Counted from the stretch's first letter, positions 1-11,015 are shown. The stretch: DNA of 64,000 nt from an uncultured delta proteobacterium (GCA_963767925.1 CAVYGB010000010.1:1376001-1440000), one strand, 5' to 3'. Made by a program: numbers and translations. Notes: generated from the letters alone by a model not told the origin.

Positions 1-953
1 TCGAACACCCCGATCACGAAGGTGGGGATCGAGGGGCTGCCCTGGAACTCGGCGGCGGCGATCCCCGCGATCTCGGGAACGCTCATCGAGCAGCCGAAGG
101 GGAAGCCGTCGGTGACGAGCACCAGGGCCGCCTTTCTTCCGCTGCCTGCCGGGGTGGCCAGGCGGGCCCGCAGGTGGGCCAGGCCGCCACGGACCGCGGG
201 CTCGATGGGGGTCATGCCCTCGGGCCTCGTGAAGATCAGGCGAGTGGCGATGGGCTCGGCCCCGCCGGGCAACACCGCGACCGGGACGGCGGGATCGTCG
301 TAGCGGTCATCGCACCGGGCGAACCCCCGGGCCCGGCAGACCCGGGGCACGGCGATGCAGACGTCGCCGGGGAGGGCCGGGTTGCAGGGCTGCCCCACCG
401 TCGGGCAGGGGCGGCCGCTGCCCGAGCAGCCGGCCGCGGGTGGATCGCAGGTCTCGGGTGCGCAATCGGCGTCGCCGGTGCAGATCACGAGGTCCTTGGG
501 GACCAGGGGAAAGAACTGCAGCCCGGCCCCCAGCTCGGCCGACCTTGGATCGCGCACGAACCTGATCAGCGCCTCCCGCACCAGATCCCACTGGGTGCCA
601 CCCGAATTCCGGATCGGCTCCATCATCGAGGTCGACTTGTCGACCGCGAACAGCAGATCGACGGGCAGCCGCCCGGCCTGCCGCACCTCCGCCGCGCAGG
701 TCCCGCTGGCCGGCGGCGGCCCGGCGTCGACCGGCGCGGCCGGCGTCCCCGGTGGCAGGTTGAACCCCGGCGCCGCGCCCGGTCCCCCCTCCCCGCCCGG
801 CCCCCGCACGCCCGGCTCGTCCCCGTTGCCCGGGGGCGTCTCGCCCGACACCCCCGGATCGGTCAGCCGGGGCTTGCCACAGGCGGCGGTGAAGAGGACG
901 GCCAGCGCCAGCGCGCCGCCAGCCGTCCGGGACCGATGCGCCAGGTCGAACAT
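1..953 (-). CDS. vWA-domain lipoprotein (3' end runs off the window)
   Basis: Own translation (not in the ORF track): ATG at 953, MFDLAHRSRTAGGALALAVLFTAAC (lipobox), Pro/Gly linker, MIDAS motif DLLFAVDKSTSM, then LVLVTDGFP and PTFVIGVF; open to base 1. Confidence 0.85.
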   Translation of the reverse strand, partial: MFDLAHRSRTAGGALALAVLFTAACGKPRLTDPGVSGETPPGNGDEPGVRGPGGEGGPGAAPGFNLPPGTPAAPVDAGPPPASGTCAAEVRQAGRLPVDLLFAVDKSTSMMEPIRNSGGTQWDLVREALIRFVRDPRSAELGAGLQFFPLVPKDLVICTGDADCAPETCDPPAAGCSGSGRPCPTVGQPCNPALPGDVCIAVPRVCRARGFARCDDRYDDPAVPVAVLPGGAEPIATRLIFTRPEGMTPIEPAVRGGLAHLRARLATPAGSGRKAALVLVTDGFPFGCSMSVPEIAGIAAAEFQGSPSIPTFVIGVF

Positions 954-1019
954 CGGGGCCGACGCTACCACCGCCCGGTCTGCCCCGGCAGCCCCCCCCG
1001 GTCCCGGCGGCGTCCGCTT

Positions 1020-4000
1020 TTACATGGCGTTCTTGTAGGACGCGTCCTGCGGGGCGTTGTGCTCCGGATAGGGCGGGTCGCCCTCGGAGCCGCCGGTGAC
1101 CCGGCGGCCGAGCCACTTGACCGGGCGGCTGCCGATGAAGCGGTCGGCCAGCAGGTAGAAGACCGGGACCACCACCAGGGTGAGCACCGTCGAGGTGATG
1201 AGGCCGCCGATGACCGCCATCGCCATCGGGGCGCGGGTCTCGCCGCCCTCGCCCAGGGCGAGCGCGACCGGCAACATGCCGAAGATCATCGCGAAGGTGG
1301 TCATCAAGATGGGGCGCAGCCGGATGGGGCCGGCCTCCATCAGGGCGTCGACGGTCGACTTGCCCTGGGCCTTGAGGTGGTTGGCGAAGTCGACCAGCAA
1401 GATCGCGTTCTTGGTCACCAGCCCCATCAACATGATGAAGCCGATGGCGGAGAAGATGTTGAGGGTCATGCCCGACAGGTAGAGGGCCCCGAAGGCGCCG
1501 ATGACCGAAAACGGCAGCGACAGCATGATGGTGAAGGGGTGGATCACGCTGTCGAACTGGGCCGCGAGGATCATGTAGACCAGCACCACCGCCAGGAACA
1601 GGGCGATGGCCATGTAGCCGGCCGACTCGCACCATGACCTCACCCATGCCGGCGTAGTCGGTGTCCATGTGCTCGGGCACCACCTTGTCGGCGGCGGCGT
1701 TGACCACCTTCATCGCCTCGGCCAGGGGCAGCCCCTGCAGACCGGCGAAGATGGTGATCTGCCGCTGCCGGGCCTGGCGGTCGATCTGGCTGGGGCCCTC
1801 GCCCCGGGTCACCCGCACGACGTTGCGACAGCGACACCAGCTGGCCGGTCGAGGACCGCACCGCCAGGTTGCTGAGCGAGGCCAGCCCCTTCTTCTGCTC
1901 GGCGGGGAGCTGCACGGTGACGTCGTAGAGATCCATGCCCTGCTTGAGCTCGGTGACCTTGTCGCCCGGCCACGAAGGCCCGCAAGGTGGTGGCGATGGC
2001 CGCCACCGGGACGCCGAGCTCGGCGGCGCGGTCGCGATCGATGTCGAAGGAGAGCTCCGGCTTGCCGCCCCGGTAGCTGAGTCCAGGTCGACGATGCCGG
2101 GCGACTTCTTCAGCTCCGCCAGGAGCGCCGCGGAGGTCTTCTCCAGCTCGGCCATGTCGCGGCCCCGGATGTTGAACTGGATGGCCTGCTGCTTGAAGCC
2201 GCCGTCGTTGCCCATGGGGCTCATGGGGTTGACCGAGAAGAGGGCGTTCTTCACCCCCTGGTAGCGGCTGCGCACCCAGGCCATGGCGTCTTCCTGGTGA
2301 TAGGCCCGGCTGGTGCGGCGGACCATCAGCACCTGGATCTGGCCGATGTTGACCTGGCCCTGGGCCCCGCCGCCGACGGTGACGAAGGTCGCGTTGACGC
2401 CGGGACCGTTCTTGCGCAGGTCCCCGGCGATGGTCTCGACGTACTTCGAGGTCGTCGTCGAGCGAGGTGCCGGTGGGCAGCTCGACCGTGACCTGGAACT
2501 GGGCCCGGTCCTCGGGCGGGCAGGAACTCCCCCTTGACCTGGGCCGACCACCACCACCGAGCCGACCAGCGAGGCCAGCGCGATGCTGACGGTGATCGCC
2601 CGGTGGCGGAGCGCCGCCCCCAGCATGCGCCGGTAGCCGTTGTCGATGGCGCCCAGGAAGCGCTCGGAGGCGCGCACGAAGATGTTGGGGTTCTCGTTGT
2701 GCGCGCGCCGCAAGATGCGGGCGGACATCATCGGGGTCAGGGTGAACGACACCAGCAGCGACACCAGCACGGCGAAGCTGACGGTCAGCCCGAACTGGAA
2801 GAAGAAGCGGCCGATGATCCCCTTCATGACCGCCACCGGCACGAACACGGCGACGATGGAGAAGGTGGTGGCGAGCACCGCCAGGCCGATCTCGCCGGTG
2901 CCGTCGGCCGCGGCCTGCATGGGCGGCTTGCCCATCTCCAGGTGGCGGTGGATGTTCTCGATGACGACGATGGCGTCGTCGACGAGGATGCCGATCGACA
3001 GCGACAGCGCCAGCATCGTCATGTTGTTGAAGGTGAAGCCCATCACCTGCACGAAGGCGAAGGTGGCGATGACCGAGGTGGGGATGGCCAGCGCCGCTGA
3101 TGAGGGTGGCCCGGAAGTCGTGCAAGAAGAACAGGATCACGATCACCGCCAGCAAGGCCCCGAACCACAGGTCGAACTTCACGTCGTTGATCGAGTGCTC
3201 GATGAAGGGGGCGTTGTCGGTGGGGACCGAGAGCTTGGCCCCCGCCTTCAGCACCGCGGGCGGTCACCCGGGCCAGCGCCTCGTGCACCTTGTGCGCCAC
3301 CTCGACCGTGTTGGACCCCGACTGCTTGCGCACCACGAGCGCCACCGCCGCCACGCCGTTCATCGACGAGTGCGAGCGGGCCTCGGCGGTCCCGTCCTCG
3401 ACCTGGGCCACGTCGCCGATCGCGGACCCGGGCGCCGCCCAGGCCGGTCACCAGGATGTCGGCGATCTCCTGGGGCGAGCGCACCTCCCCCTTGGTCTTG
3501 ACGGCGAACTCCCGGTTGCCCTCCTCGATGCGGCCGGCCGGCAGCTCGACGTTCTGGGCCTGCAAGGCCCCGACGATGTCCTGCACGGTGAGGCCCAGCC
3601 CCTGGAGGCGGGCGGGATCCACCAGCACGTGGATCTCCCGGTCGCGTCCCCCGACCAGATCGACCGCGCCGACGCCGGCGATGCGCTGCACCGCCGGCTT
3701 GACCACCTCGTCGGCCAGGCGGGTCAGCTCGCGCACCGGCAGGTTGCCCGACAGCGCCAGCGACATGACCGGGGCCGCGCCGACGTCGAACTTCTGCACG
3801 ACCGGCGGATCGAGGCCGGCGGGGAGCTTGGCCAGGGTGGCCGACACCCGGTCCCGCACGTCCTGCACGGCGATGTCTACTTTCACCTCCAGCTCGAACT
3901 GGATGAGGATCTGGGTGACGCTCTCCAGGTTGATCGACTTCAGCACCTTGATGCCGCTCATGGTGTTGAGGGCCTCTTCGAGGGGGTCGGCCACCTTGGT

Positions 4001-4180
4001 CTCCATCGAGGCCGGGTCGGCGCCGGGGTAGACCACGGTGACCGTGACGAAGGGGAACTCGACGTTGGGGAACAGATCGACGCCGACGCGCGGGTAGCTG
4101 ACCAGCCCGAACACGAGCAGCGACGCGATCATCATGATCGCGAACACCGGCCGGCGGATCGAGATGTCGGCGAGCTTCAT
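1020..4180 (-). CDS. RND efflux permease (AcrB/AcrD/AcrF family), broken by several frameshifts
   Basis: Fragments in different frames give [14 protein letters not shown]..., [33 protein letters not shown] and RLRPILMTT; together they span one full-length RND protein. Confidence 0.92.
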
Positions 4181-5109
4181 GGCGCCCGGCCCACCGTCTT
4201 GCCCTCGCCCTTGTCTTCACCGAGCTCCACCTCGGCCAGCAGGCCGCTGCGGAGGGCCCCGTCGGGGTTGGGGATCTCGGCCACCACCTCGACGGTGCGG
4301 GTGCGGGCGTCGACCGAGGGCTGGATGCGGGCGATCTTGGCCGAGCGCTCGATCCCCACGGCGTCGAACTTGGCCGCCACCCGGTCGCCCACCTTGATGT
4401 GGGTCAGCGACCGCTCCGGCAGGTGGAAGCGCAGCTCCAGCACCGACTGGTCCTGCACCACCAGCACGACGGTGGGGGGCATCATGGTGGCCATCTCTCC
4501 CTCGTTCTTCAGCTTCGACACGACGACCCCGCTCAGGGGGGAGCGCACGGTGCCGTCGGCGAAGAGCTTGTTGGCCATGTTGAGGGCCACCTCGGCCTGC
4601 GACACGCCGACCCGGGCTCCGTCCATGCGCGATTGCACCTGGTCCCACTGCATCTGGCTGACCGCCTTCTGGTCGAACATCGACTTCGTGCGGTTGAACT
4701 CGGTCTCGGTGCCGCGCAGGTTGACCCGGGCCGCTTCGAGGGCCGCCTTGGCCTGCTCGACCCGCAGGGCGGCGTCCTGGGTGTCCTGCCGGAACAGGAC
4801 CTGGCCCTTGCGCACCTTGTCCCCCTCCTTGACGAGAATCTTGGAGATGACGCCCCCGGCGTTGGGCCCGATCTGGGCCTCCGCCCGGGGGTAGGTGGTG
4901 CCGGTGGTGTGCCCCTCGGTGGGGGTGATGGCCGACGCCTCGTCGGTGCGGGCCAGGGTGGGGAGGGCGGGCATCGGCGCGGCGCCGGCCCCCTGAGCGG
5001 GTGGGAGCTGCTGGGCCCCGTCCTTGCGTTTGCAGCCGGCCAGGCCGGTGATGAGCAACGCTCCGGCGAGCAGCCCCCGCGTCCAGGTCGACGCGACTTC
5101 GATCCTCAT
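4177..5109 (-). CDS. RND periplasmic adaptor (membrane fusion protein), lipoprotein
   Basis: MRIEVAST...GLAGC lipobox; GVISKILVKEGDKVRKGQVL lipoyl motif, coiled coil, VRSPLSGVV, LRSGL; start/stop overlaps with both neighbours. Confidence 0.92.
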   Translation of the reverse strand: MRIEVASTWTRGLLAGALLITGLAGCKRKDGAQQLPPAQGAGAAPMPALPTLARTDEASAITPTEGHTTGTTYPRAEAQIGPNAGGVISKILVKEGDKVRKGQVLFRQDTQDAALRVEQAKAALEAARVNLRGTETEFNRTKSMFDQKAVSQMQWDQVQSRMDGARVGVSQAEVALNMANKLFADGTVRSPLSGVVVSKLKNEGEMATMMPPTVVLVVQDQSVLELRFHLPERSLTHIKVGDRVAAKFDAVGIERSAKIARIQPSVDARTRTVEVVAEIPNPDGALRSGLLAEVELGEDKGEGKTVGRAP

Positions 5110-6510
5110 GGTGTCCTCCCGTTCAGTTCCAGCGGCATGCGCCCGACCGCCCGTGCGAGGGCAGCCTGGGCCAGGTAATAGTCGTAGCGGGTCTGGGCGT
5201 GCGAGCTGCGGGCCCGGAACACGTCCGCCTCCGCGTCGATGAGATCCGTCGTCGTGGCGGCGCCCTCGGCGAAACGCACCGACTGGATCCGGTAGGCCTC
5301 CTCGGCGGCGGCGAGGCCGCTGCTGGCCAGGTCGAGGCTGTCGAAGGCGGCCCTCGTCTCCACCAGGCGGCGGCGGGCGTCGAAGGCGACTTGATCGGCG
5401 AGGCTCTGGCGGCCGAGGTCGGCCTGGCTCGAGCGGGCCCGGGCCTCCTTGACCCCGCTCCAGCCCTTGCCCCAGTCGAAGACGTCCCAGGTCAAGGTGG
5501 CGCCGACGAACCAGGCGTTCTTGGGCTGGAAGGTCGACTGGCCCTCGGTGTGCTGGTAGGTGGCCACGCCGAGGATGTTCGGCAGGAGCTGGGCCTTGGC
5601 CACCCCCTCGCCGGCCCGGGCCTGCTCGAGCCGCTCGGCGGCGGCGCGCAGCTCCGGGCGCTCGCGCGCCGCCATGGTCGTCGTCTGGGTGTCGCTCAGC
5701 ACCACCCGGGGCGGGGGGTCGGGCAGGTCGTCCACCACGTCGACGGTCGTGGTGACGGGAAGCTCGAGGGCGAGGACCAGGCCGGCGTGGGCGATGTCGG
5801 CCCCCGCCCGGGCGCGGACGCAGGCCCTGGCGGGCGGTGTCGCGGGCCGAGGTGAGGCGCAAGACGTCCACCTGGGCCAGCGCGCCGGCCTTCTCCGCGA
5901 CCTGCGCCCGCTGGAGCTGGGCCTCCACCTGGGCGACGCTCTTCTCCGCCACCGAGACGATGGCCCGGGCCTGCAGCAGCCGCAGGTAGGCCTCCGAGGC
6001 GCGCTGGGCGGTGTCGAGGCGGGCCTTCACCTGGTCGGCGCGAGCGGCCTCCTCGCCGTTGCGCTCGAGGGCGATGAGACGGTTGAGCACGAGCAGCGCC
6101 GAGAGGGGCTGGGCCAGGGTCACGGTGACCTGGGAGGTGACCTGGTCGCGCACCCGCAGCCCGGCCGCCGTCCCCATCATGCCGGGCTCGCCCATCCCCG
6201 CCGGCACGAAGAGCAGGTCGAGGGGCTTGTCCCAGTAGAGGATGTTGGCCTCGGCCCGCAGCGCGGGGAAGCGCTGGGCGCCCGCCCCGCTCACCCGCGC
6301 GCTCGAGGCTTCGACCCCGGCGCTGGCGATGCGGATCTCGGGCCCGCTCTGCACCGCGAGCTCGATGGCCTGCTCGAGGGTGAGGCGCCGGGGGCCGCCG
6401 GCAGGAGCCTGGGCCGCGGTGGGAGCCTGGGCCGCGGCGGGCCCCGGCGCGATGAAGAGAAGCAGCGCCGTCGCCAGCGGCAAACCAGGAAGCGGGCGGA
6501 GGAGTTTCAT
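5106..6510 (-). CDS. TolC-family outer-membrane efflux protein (frameshift near 5815)
   Basis: Signal peptide MKLLRPL...AAAQ, LTLEQAIELA; C-terminal half in ORF 5106..5738 (RPELRAA, RFAEGAATTTDLIDAE, LARAVG). Confidence 0.88.
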
Positions 6511-7182
6511 GTCTTTGTACCGGCGCCTTGCAGGAAGAGATCGACGAGAAACGCGGCCCGATCTCGCAGCCGCTCCTTGCGGCCGGTACCGACCCGGCCG
6601 CGCAAGAACCCAAAGATGCTCCCGCAGAACGCCAGCGTGACCTCCTCGAGGGGGAGGTCCTTGCGCACGAGCCCGGCCCGTACGGCGTCCGCGAAGATGC
6701 TCTCGTAAAATTGCAGGATAGCGGGTGCGCATCCGCTCGACCCCCGGGCCGCAGGCCTTGCGCACGGCCTGGGCGGCGTGGCCCCCGATCTGCTCGAACA
6801 TCATGCAGATGGAGGCGTTTGCCTCCATGTAATCGAAGGTCGCCTCGGTGACCCGCTGCAGGCGCTCGCGCGGGTCGCCGGCCTGCTCGGCAATGCCCTG
6901 GAGCCCGGCCCAGAACTCGTCGGCCCGGTGCTCGATGAGCGCGCGGAACAGACTCTCCTTGCTGTCGAAGTAGTTGTACAACGTGCCCGCGGCCAGCCCG
7001 GCCCCCTGGGCGATCTTCGCGATCTTGGCGTCGGCGAAGCCCTCCGCGCGGAAGATCTTCTCCGCCGAGTCCAGGATCGCCCGGCGGAACACCGCCGCCA
7101 CCGCGCCGCGCAAGGAGGCGCGGGCGGGTCGGGCGACGGTCTTGCGAGCCGTGGTCCGCGACGAAAGCCTGTTCACAGCCAT
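6507..7182 (-). CDS. TetR/AcrR family regulator (frameshift near 6710)
   Basis: RRAILDSAEKIFRAEGF...IAQGAGLAAGTLYNYFDSKESLF; C-terminus ESIFADAVRAGLVRKDL...LFLQGAGTKT* is in another frame and its stop overlaps the tolC ATG (ATGA). Confidence 0.85.
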
Positions 7183-7197
7183 GAACCGTGGTTCATG
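7180..7197. promoter_or_regulatory. Palindromic operator, probable TetR autoregulatory site
   Basis: CATGAACC-GT-GGTTCATG perfect inverted repeat overlapping the tetR start; TTGACC on the minus strand at 7218-7223. Confidence 0.6.
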
Positions 7198-7361
7198 TAG
7201 CGGACGGATCGATTCGTGGTCAACGAGGGCCGGCGCTGGTTTCACCCCGAAACCCGGGGCTTCCAGGTGTGCGCCTGATCAATTCCGACGGGGGAAGCCT
7301 GGAACTGCGACCGGCCCGATCGAGACGCACGCTGTGGGCGCGGGTGAGCGGCCGAGAGTCC

Positions 7362-7387
7362 GCGGAGCCGAGCGCGCGCGGCTCCGC
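7362..7387 (-). terminator. Hairpin downstream of the SDR gene
   Basis: GCGGAGCCG-8nt-CGGCTCCGC, 12 nt after the SDR stop; no U-tract. Confidence 0.35.
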
Positions 7388-7399
7388 TCGCGGGTGGCC

Positions 7400-8230
7400 T
7401 CAGTCGAGAAAGAGGTCGGGCAGGAACTCGCGGTTGCCCGGCACGACGGCGTAGACGTCGAAGTCGGTGACCCCCTCGGCGCGCAGGACGTCCTCGTCGA
7501 GGTAGGTGTTACCGGTGTGCTGGCGGGCGTCCCGCCCGAAGATGGCGTGGGCGGCGTCGGCGACGATCTCGGGCTTGCGGCAGAGCTTGGGGTCCACCAT
7601 CGGCAGCAGGGCCAGGGCGGCGGTGAGGATCACGGTGCGCGGCCAGAGGGCGTTGACCCCGATGCCGTCGTCGCGAAACTCCGCCGCCATCCCGAGCGCG
7701 CACATGCTCATGCCGTATTTGGAGAGGGTGTAGGCGACGTTGCCCCGCAGCCAGCGGGGGTCGAGGTTGAGGGGGGGCGACAGGTTGAGGATGTGGGGGT
7801 TGCGGCCGGCCCGCGCCGATTGCTGCAGGTGGGGCAGGCAGGCCTGCGAGCAGCAGAAGGTGCCGCGGGCGTTGACCCCCAGCATCAGATCGAAGCGCTT
7901 CATGGGGGTGCCCAGGGTGCCGGTCAGGTTGATCGCGCTGGCGTTGTTGACCAGGATGTCGATCCCCCCGAAGTGGTCCGCGCAGCGCTTCACGGCCGCC
8001 GCGACGGCGGCGTCATCCCGGATGTCGACCGCCAGGGCCAGGGCCTTGCCCCCGGCCGCCTCGACCTCCTCGGCGGCGCTGTGGATGGTCCCGGGCAGCT
8101 TGGGGTGGGGCTCGGTGGTCTTGGCGGCGATGGCCACGTTGGCCCCGTCGCGCGCAGCGCGTTTGGCGATGGCCAACCCGATCCCCCGCGAAGCCCCGGT
8201 GATGAAAAGCGTCTTGCCTTGTAACCCCAT
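7400..8230 (-). CDS. Short-chain dehydrogenase/reductase (HSDL2-like)
   Basis: TGASRGIG, NNAS, YTLSK catalytic motif, NALWPRT. Confidence 0.92.
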   Translation of the reverse strand: MGLQGKTLFITGASRGIGLAIAKRAARDGANVAIAAKTTEPHPKLPGTIHSAAEEVEAAGGKALALAVDIRDDAAVAAAVKRCADHFGGIDILVNNASAINLTGTLGTPMKRFDLMLGVNARGTFCCSQACLPHLQQSARAGRNPHILNLSPPLNLDPRWLRGNVAYTLSKYGMSMCALGMAAEFRDDGIGVNALWPRTVILTAALALLPMVDPKLCRKPEIVADAAHAIFGRDARQHTGNTYLDEDVLRAEGVTDFDVYAVVPGNREFLPDLFLD

Positions 8231-8264
8231 GCCAGTGGGATATTAGGCTCCGCAAAGGAAAGGT

Positions 8265-8917
8265 TTGGAAACCGAAAACGGCGAGGTTGAGTTTTTCGGG
8301 ACCGAGACCATGGCGGAGCTCTGCGCGAAGCAGGGCCGCCTGGCCGAGGCCCTGGGCATCTACCGTCAGCTCATCGAGGGCCGTCCCTCGGACGACCGGC
8401 GCTCGATGTGGACCGCGCGGTACCACTCCTTGCAGCGGGCGGTGGGGTACGCCCGGGGTGAAGCGGGGGGCAGCAAGCAGCCCCCCCGCTGCCGCCGCGG
8501 GTGCGGCCGGCCGCCGGCGCCATCCCGCCGGTGCCGGCGGCCCCCGACCGGGCGGCCTGGGAGGCGCTGGCCCAGGCCGCGCAGGTCCACCGCCTGCCCT
8601 TGCTGATCACCCAGCCGGTGCGCTCGGGCCAGGTGGTGCGGGCGGAGAAGAACGACCTCATCGTGCTGGGGGCGGTGAACTCCGGGGCCCAGCTCGTGGC
8701 CGACGGGAACATCCACGTCTACGGCCCCCTGCGCGGCCAGGCCATCGCCGGGGCCATGGGGTGCGCCCAGGCCCGCATCTTTTGCCAGAAGCTCGAGGCC
8801 GAGCTGGTGGCGATCAACGGCATCTACCTCATCCACGAGGACATCCCCCCCGAATACCTGGGCGGCCAGGCCCAGGTCTTCCTGCAAGACGACCGCTGCT
8901 TGATCGATCGCCTCTGA
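8265..8917 (+). CDS. minC: TPR-like N-terminus fused to a MinC C-terminal domain (1-bp frameshift at the C7 run 8481-8487)
   Basis: C-part: VRSGQVVRAEKNDLIVLGAVNSGAQLVADGNIHVYGPLRGQAIAG...ARIFCQKLEAELVAING is a classic MinC_C sequence; N-part: TETMAELCAKQGRLAEALGIYRQL. Confidence 0.8.
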
Positions 8918-8944
8918 CGGGGGACCGGGACGAGGACGCCGCCG

Positions 8945-10891
8945 CTACTCGGCGGCTTCCTTCTGGACGGGGACGGGTGGGGTCTCGGGGGTGTCGGCGG
9001 AGGCGGGCGCCAGGCGGGAGAGGAGGCGGGCGCCGGTGGTTGTGATCTCGTCGTGCAGGAAGCGGACGCGGGGCTCGGCCCGCTCGAGGTGGCGCTCGAG
9101 CCAGGGGCGGCGGTCGGGGTGGCGCTGGCTCTGCTCGAGCAGGACCTCGGCGATCAGCTCGTCGGCCAGGACGCGGGTGAGCCGCTCGGCGTGCAGCAAG
9201 GCCAGGGAGAAGTCGCGCCGGGGGTCGAGCGGGGAGCGGAGCGCGCCCGGCCAGCGGGTGAGCGGCTGGCTGCTGACCGCCTTGACCTTGGCCGCCACCG
9301 TGCGGGTCGTGAGGTGCTGCTGCGCCGACAGGGAGAGCTGCTGCAGGCGGGCCACCCGCCGCTCGAGCGCGTCGCGCGCCGAGAGGGCCCGCCAGCGGAC
9401 CTGGGCCGAGCGGCGCACGAAGGCCTGCGGCTGCTTCATGATGCCGCCCAGGGTGTCCTTGACCGCCATGAGAGCCTGGATCTGGCTGGTGCCCTCGTAG
9501 ATCGGCATCACCAGGGCGTCGCGCAGGAGCTTCTCTGCCCCGAACTCGCGCATGTAGCCGTTGCCCCCGTGGATCTGCAGGCCCCGGCGGGCGATCTCGA
9601 CGGCCTTCTCGGCCGAGAGGTACTTGAGCAGCGGGGTGGCCCGCCGGGCGATGGCCTTGTGGCTGCGCGCCTCGCGCTCGAGGCCCCCGGCCGACCCGTT
9701 GCTGGGCGGCAGGAAGCGCCCGTAGTGGGCCATCTTGTGGGCCACCTCGTCGTGGAAGGCGGCGTGCATCGCCAGGGCCCGCAGCCCAACGATGTCGCTC
9801 TCCATCTCGTCGAGGTAGTCGGCGATCATCTCGTGCCGGTCGATGGTCTTGCCCATCGACCGCCGCTCGGCCGCGTAGTCGCGGGCCAGGCGATAGGCCG
9901 CCTCGCACAGGCCGATCGACTGGAACCCCACGCCGATGCGGGCGTGGTTCATGATCTCGAGCATGTGCCGGAAGCCGTCGCCCGGGCGGCCCACCAGCTC
10001 GGCGGGGGCCCGGTCGAAGGTGACGGCCATGGTGGCCGAGCCGTGATGGCCCAGCTTCTCCTCGACCCGGTCGAGGGTGGCGAACCGGGTGCGGGCGCCG
10101 TCGGGGCCCTCCTGGTAGGCGGGCACCAGGAACAGCGAAAGGCCCTGCAGGCCGCCCTTGGCCTGGGGCCCGTCGCTCCGGGCGATCACGAAGTGATACT
10201 TGCCGTGGCCCGAGGTGATGAAGATCTTCTGGCCGCTGATCCGCCAGCGGGCGTCCGGGCCCTCGCCCTCCAGCTCGGCCCGGGTGCGCAGGGCGGCCAT
10301 GTCGCTGCCGGCATCGGGCTCGGTGATGTCCATGCTGCCCCAGGCCCGCCCGGCGGCGATCTCCCGGATCGGCTCGGCCCAGCGGGTGCCCAGCACCCGG
10401 CCGGTGGCGGGGTCGAGCGCGGTCGTCCCCTCGAGCTGCGACAGCGCGAGCATGAAGTTGGCCATCCCGCCGTGGAACCCGAAGTGGCTCATGAGGGCGG
10501 CGTCGCCGCGGGCGATCATCTCGCCGGCCACGAAGTAGAGCAGCATGGGGGCGTTGAGCCCGCCCAGCTCGCGCGGCAACACCAGGCCGTGCAGGCCCAT
10601 CTCCGTCACCTGGCGGCAGATGCCCTCGACGCGGGGGCCGAAGTGGGCCTCCCCGCCGGAGAAGGTGATGCCCTCCCGGTCGATCTCGGCCCGGTAGGGC
10701 CCCACCTCGTCGGCGGTCAGCTCGCCCACGAGGGTGGCCGTCTCCCGGTAGAAGGCCAGCGCCTCCGCCGTGCTGGCGAAGCCCTCGCGGCCGTTCTGAC
10801 CGCGTTCGGTGAGGCGGACCAGGACGTCCCAGTCGATGCCCCGCTCGAGGTAGTACTGCAGATCCGGGTTGTCCAGCAGGAAGCTCGCCAT
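8945..10891 (-). CDS. Acyl-CoA dehydrogenase
   Basis: SMDITEPDAGSD, ISGQKIFITSG, EEKLGHHGSAT, QIHGGNGY, IYEGTSQIQ. Confidence 0.95.
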   Translation of the reverse strand: MASFLLDNPDLQYYLERGIDWDVLVRLTERGQNGREGFASTAEALAFYRETATLVGELTADEVGPYRAEIDREGITFSGGEAHFGPRVEGICRQVTEMGLHGLVLPRELGGLNAPMLLYFVAGEMIARGDAALMSHFGFHGGMANFMLALSQLEGTTALDPATGRVLGTRWAEPIREIAAGRAWGSMDITEPDAGSDMAALRTRAELEGEGPDARWRISGQKIFITSGHGKYHFVIARSDGPQAKGGLQGLSLFLVPAYQEGPDGARTRFATLDRVEEKLGHHGSATMAVTFDRAPAELVGRPGDGFRHMLEIMNHARIGVGFQSIGLCEAAYRLARDYAAERRSMGKTIDRHEMIADYLDEMESDIVGLRALAMHAAFHDEVAHKMAHYGRFLPPSNGSAGGLEREARSHKAIARRATPLLKYLSAEKAVEIARRGLQIHGGNGYMREFGAEKLLRDALVMPIYEGTSQIQALMAVKDTLGGIMKQPQAFVRRSAQVRWRALSARDALERRVARLQQLSLSAQQHLTTRTVAAKVKAVSSQPLTRWPGALRSPLDPRRDFSLALLHAERLTRVLADELIAEVLLEQSQRHPDRRPWLERHLERAEPRVRFLHDEITTTGARLLSRLAPASADTPETPPVPVQKEAAE

Positions 10892-10927
10892 GTCCCTCCC
10901 CTGTGCGCCTACCTTTAGGGTGGCAAA

Positions 10928-10946
10928 TACTGAACGGTGGTCAATA
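10928..10946. promoter_or_regulatory. Imperfect palindrome upstream of the acyl-CoA dehydrogenase, candidate TetR operator
   Basis: TACTGA-N7-TCAATA in an AT-rich patch, overlapping a minus-strand TTGACC. Confidence 0.4.
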
Positions 10947-11015
10947 GAAACCCACCCGAAACCCGCCTGACGCGGCCCCGGCCCAGGGTAGCCGCTGCGC
11001 TTACCCGCGCCCCGC

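Noticed and set aside
4177..7245. 1022-aa TetR-TolC-MFP fusion ORF
   Set aside because: It arises from frameshifts; each gene has its own start and an overlapping stop once frames are corrected
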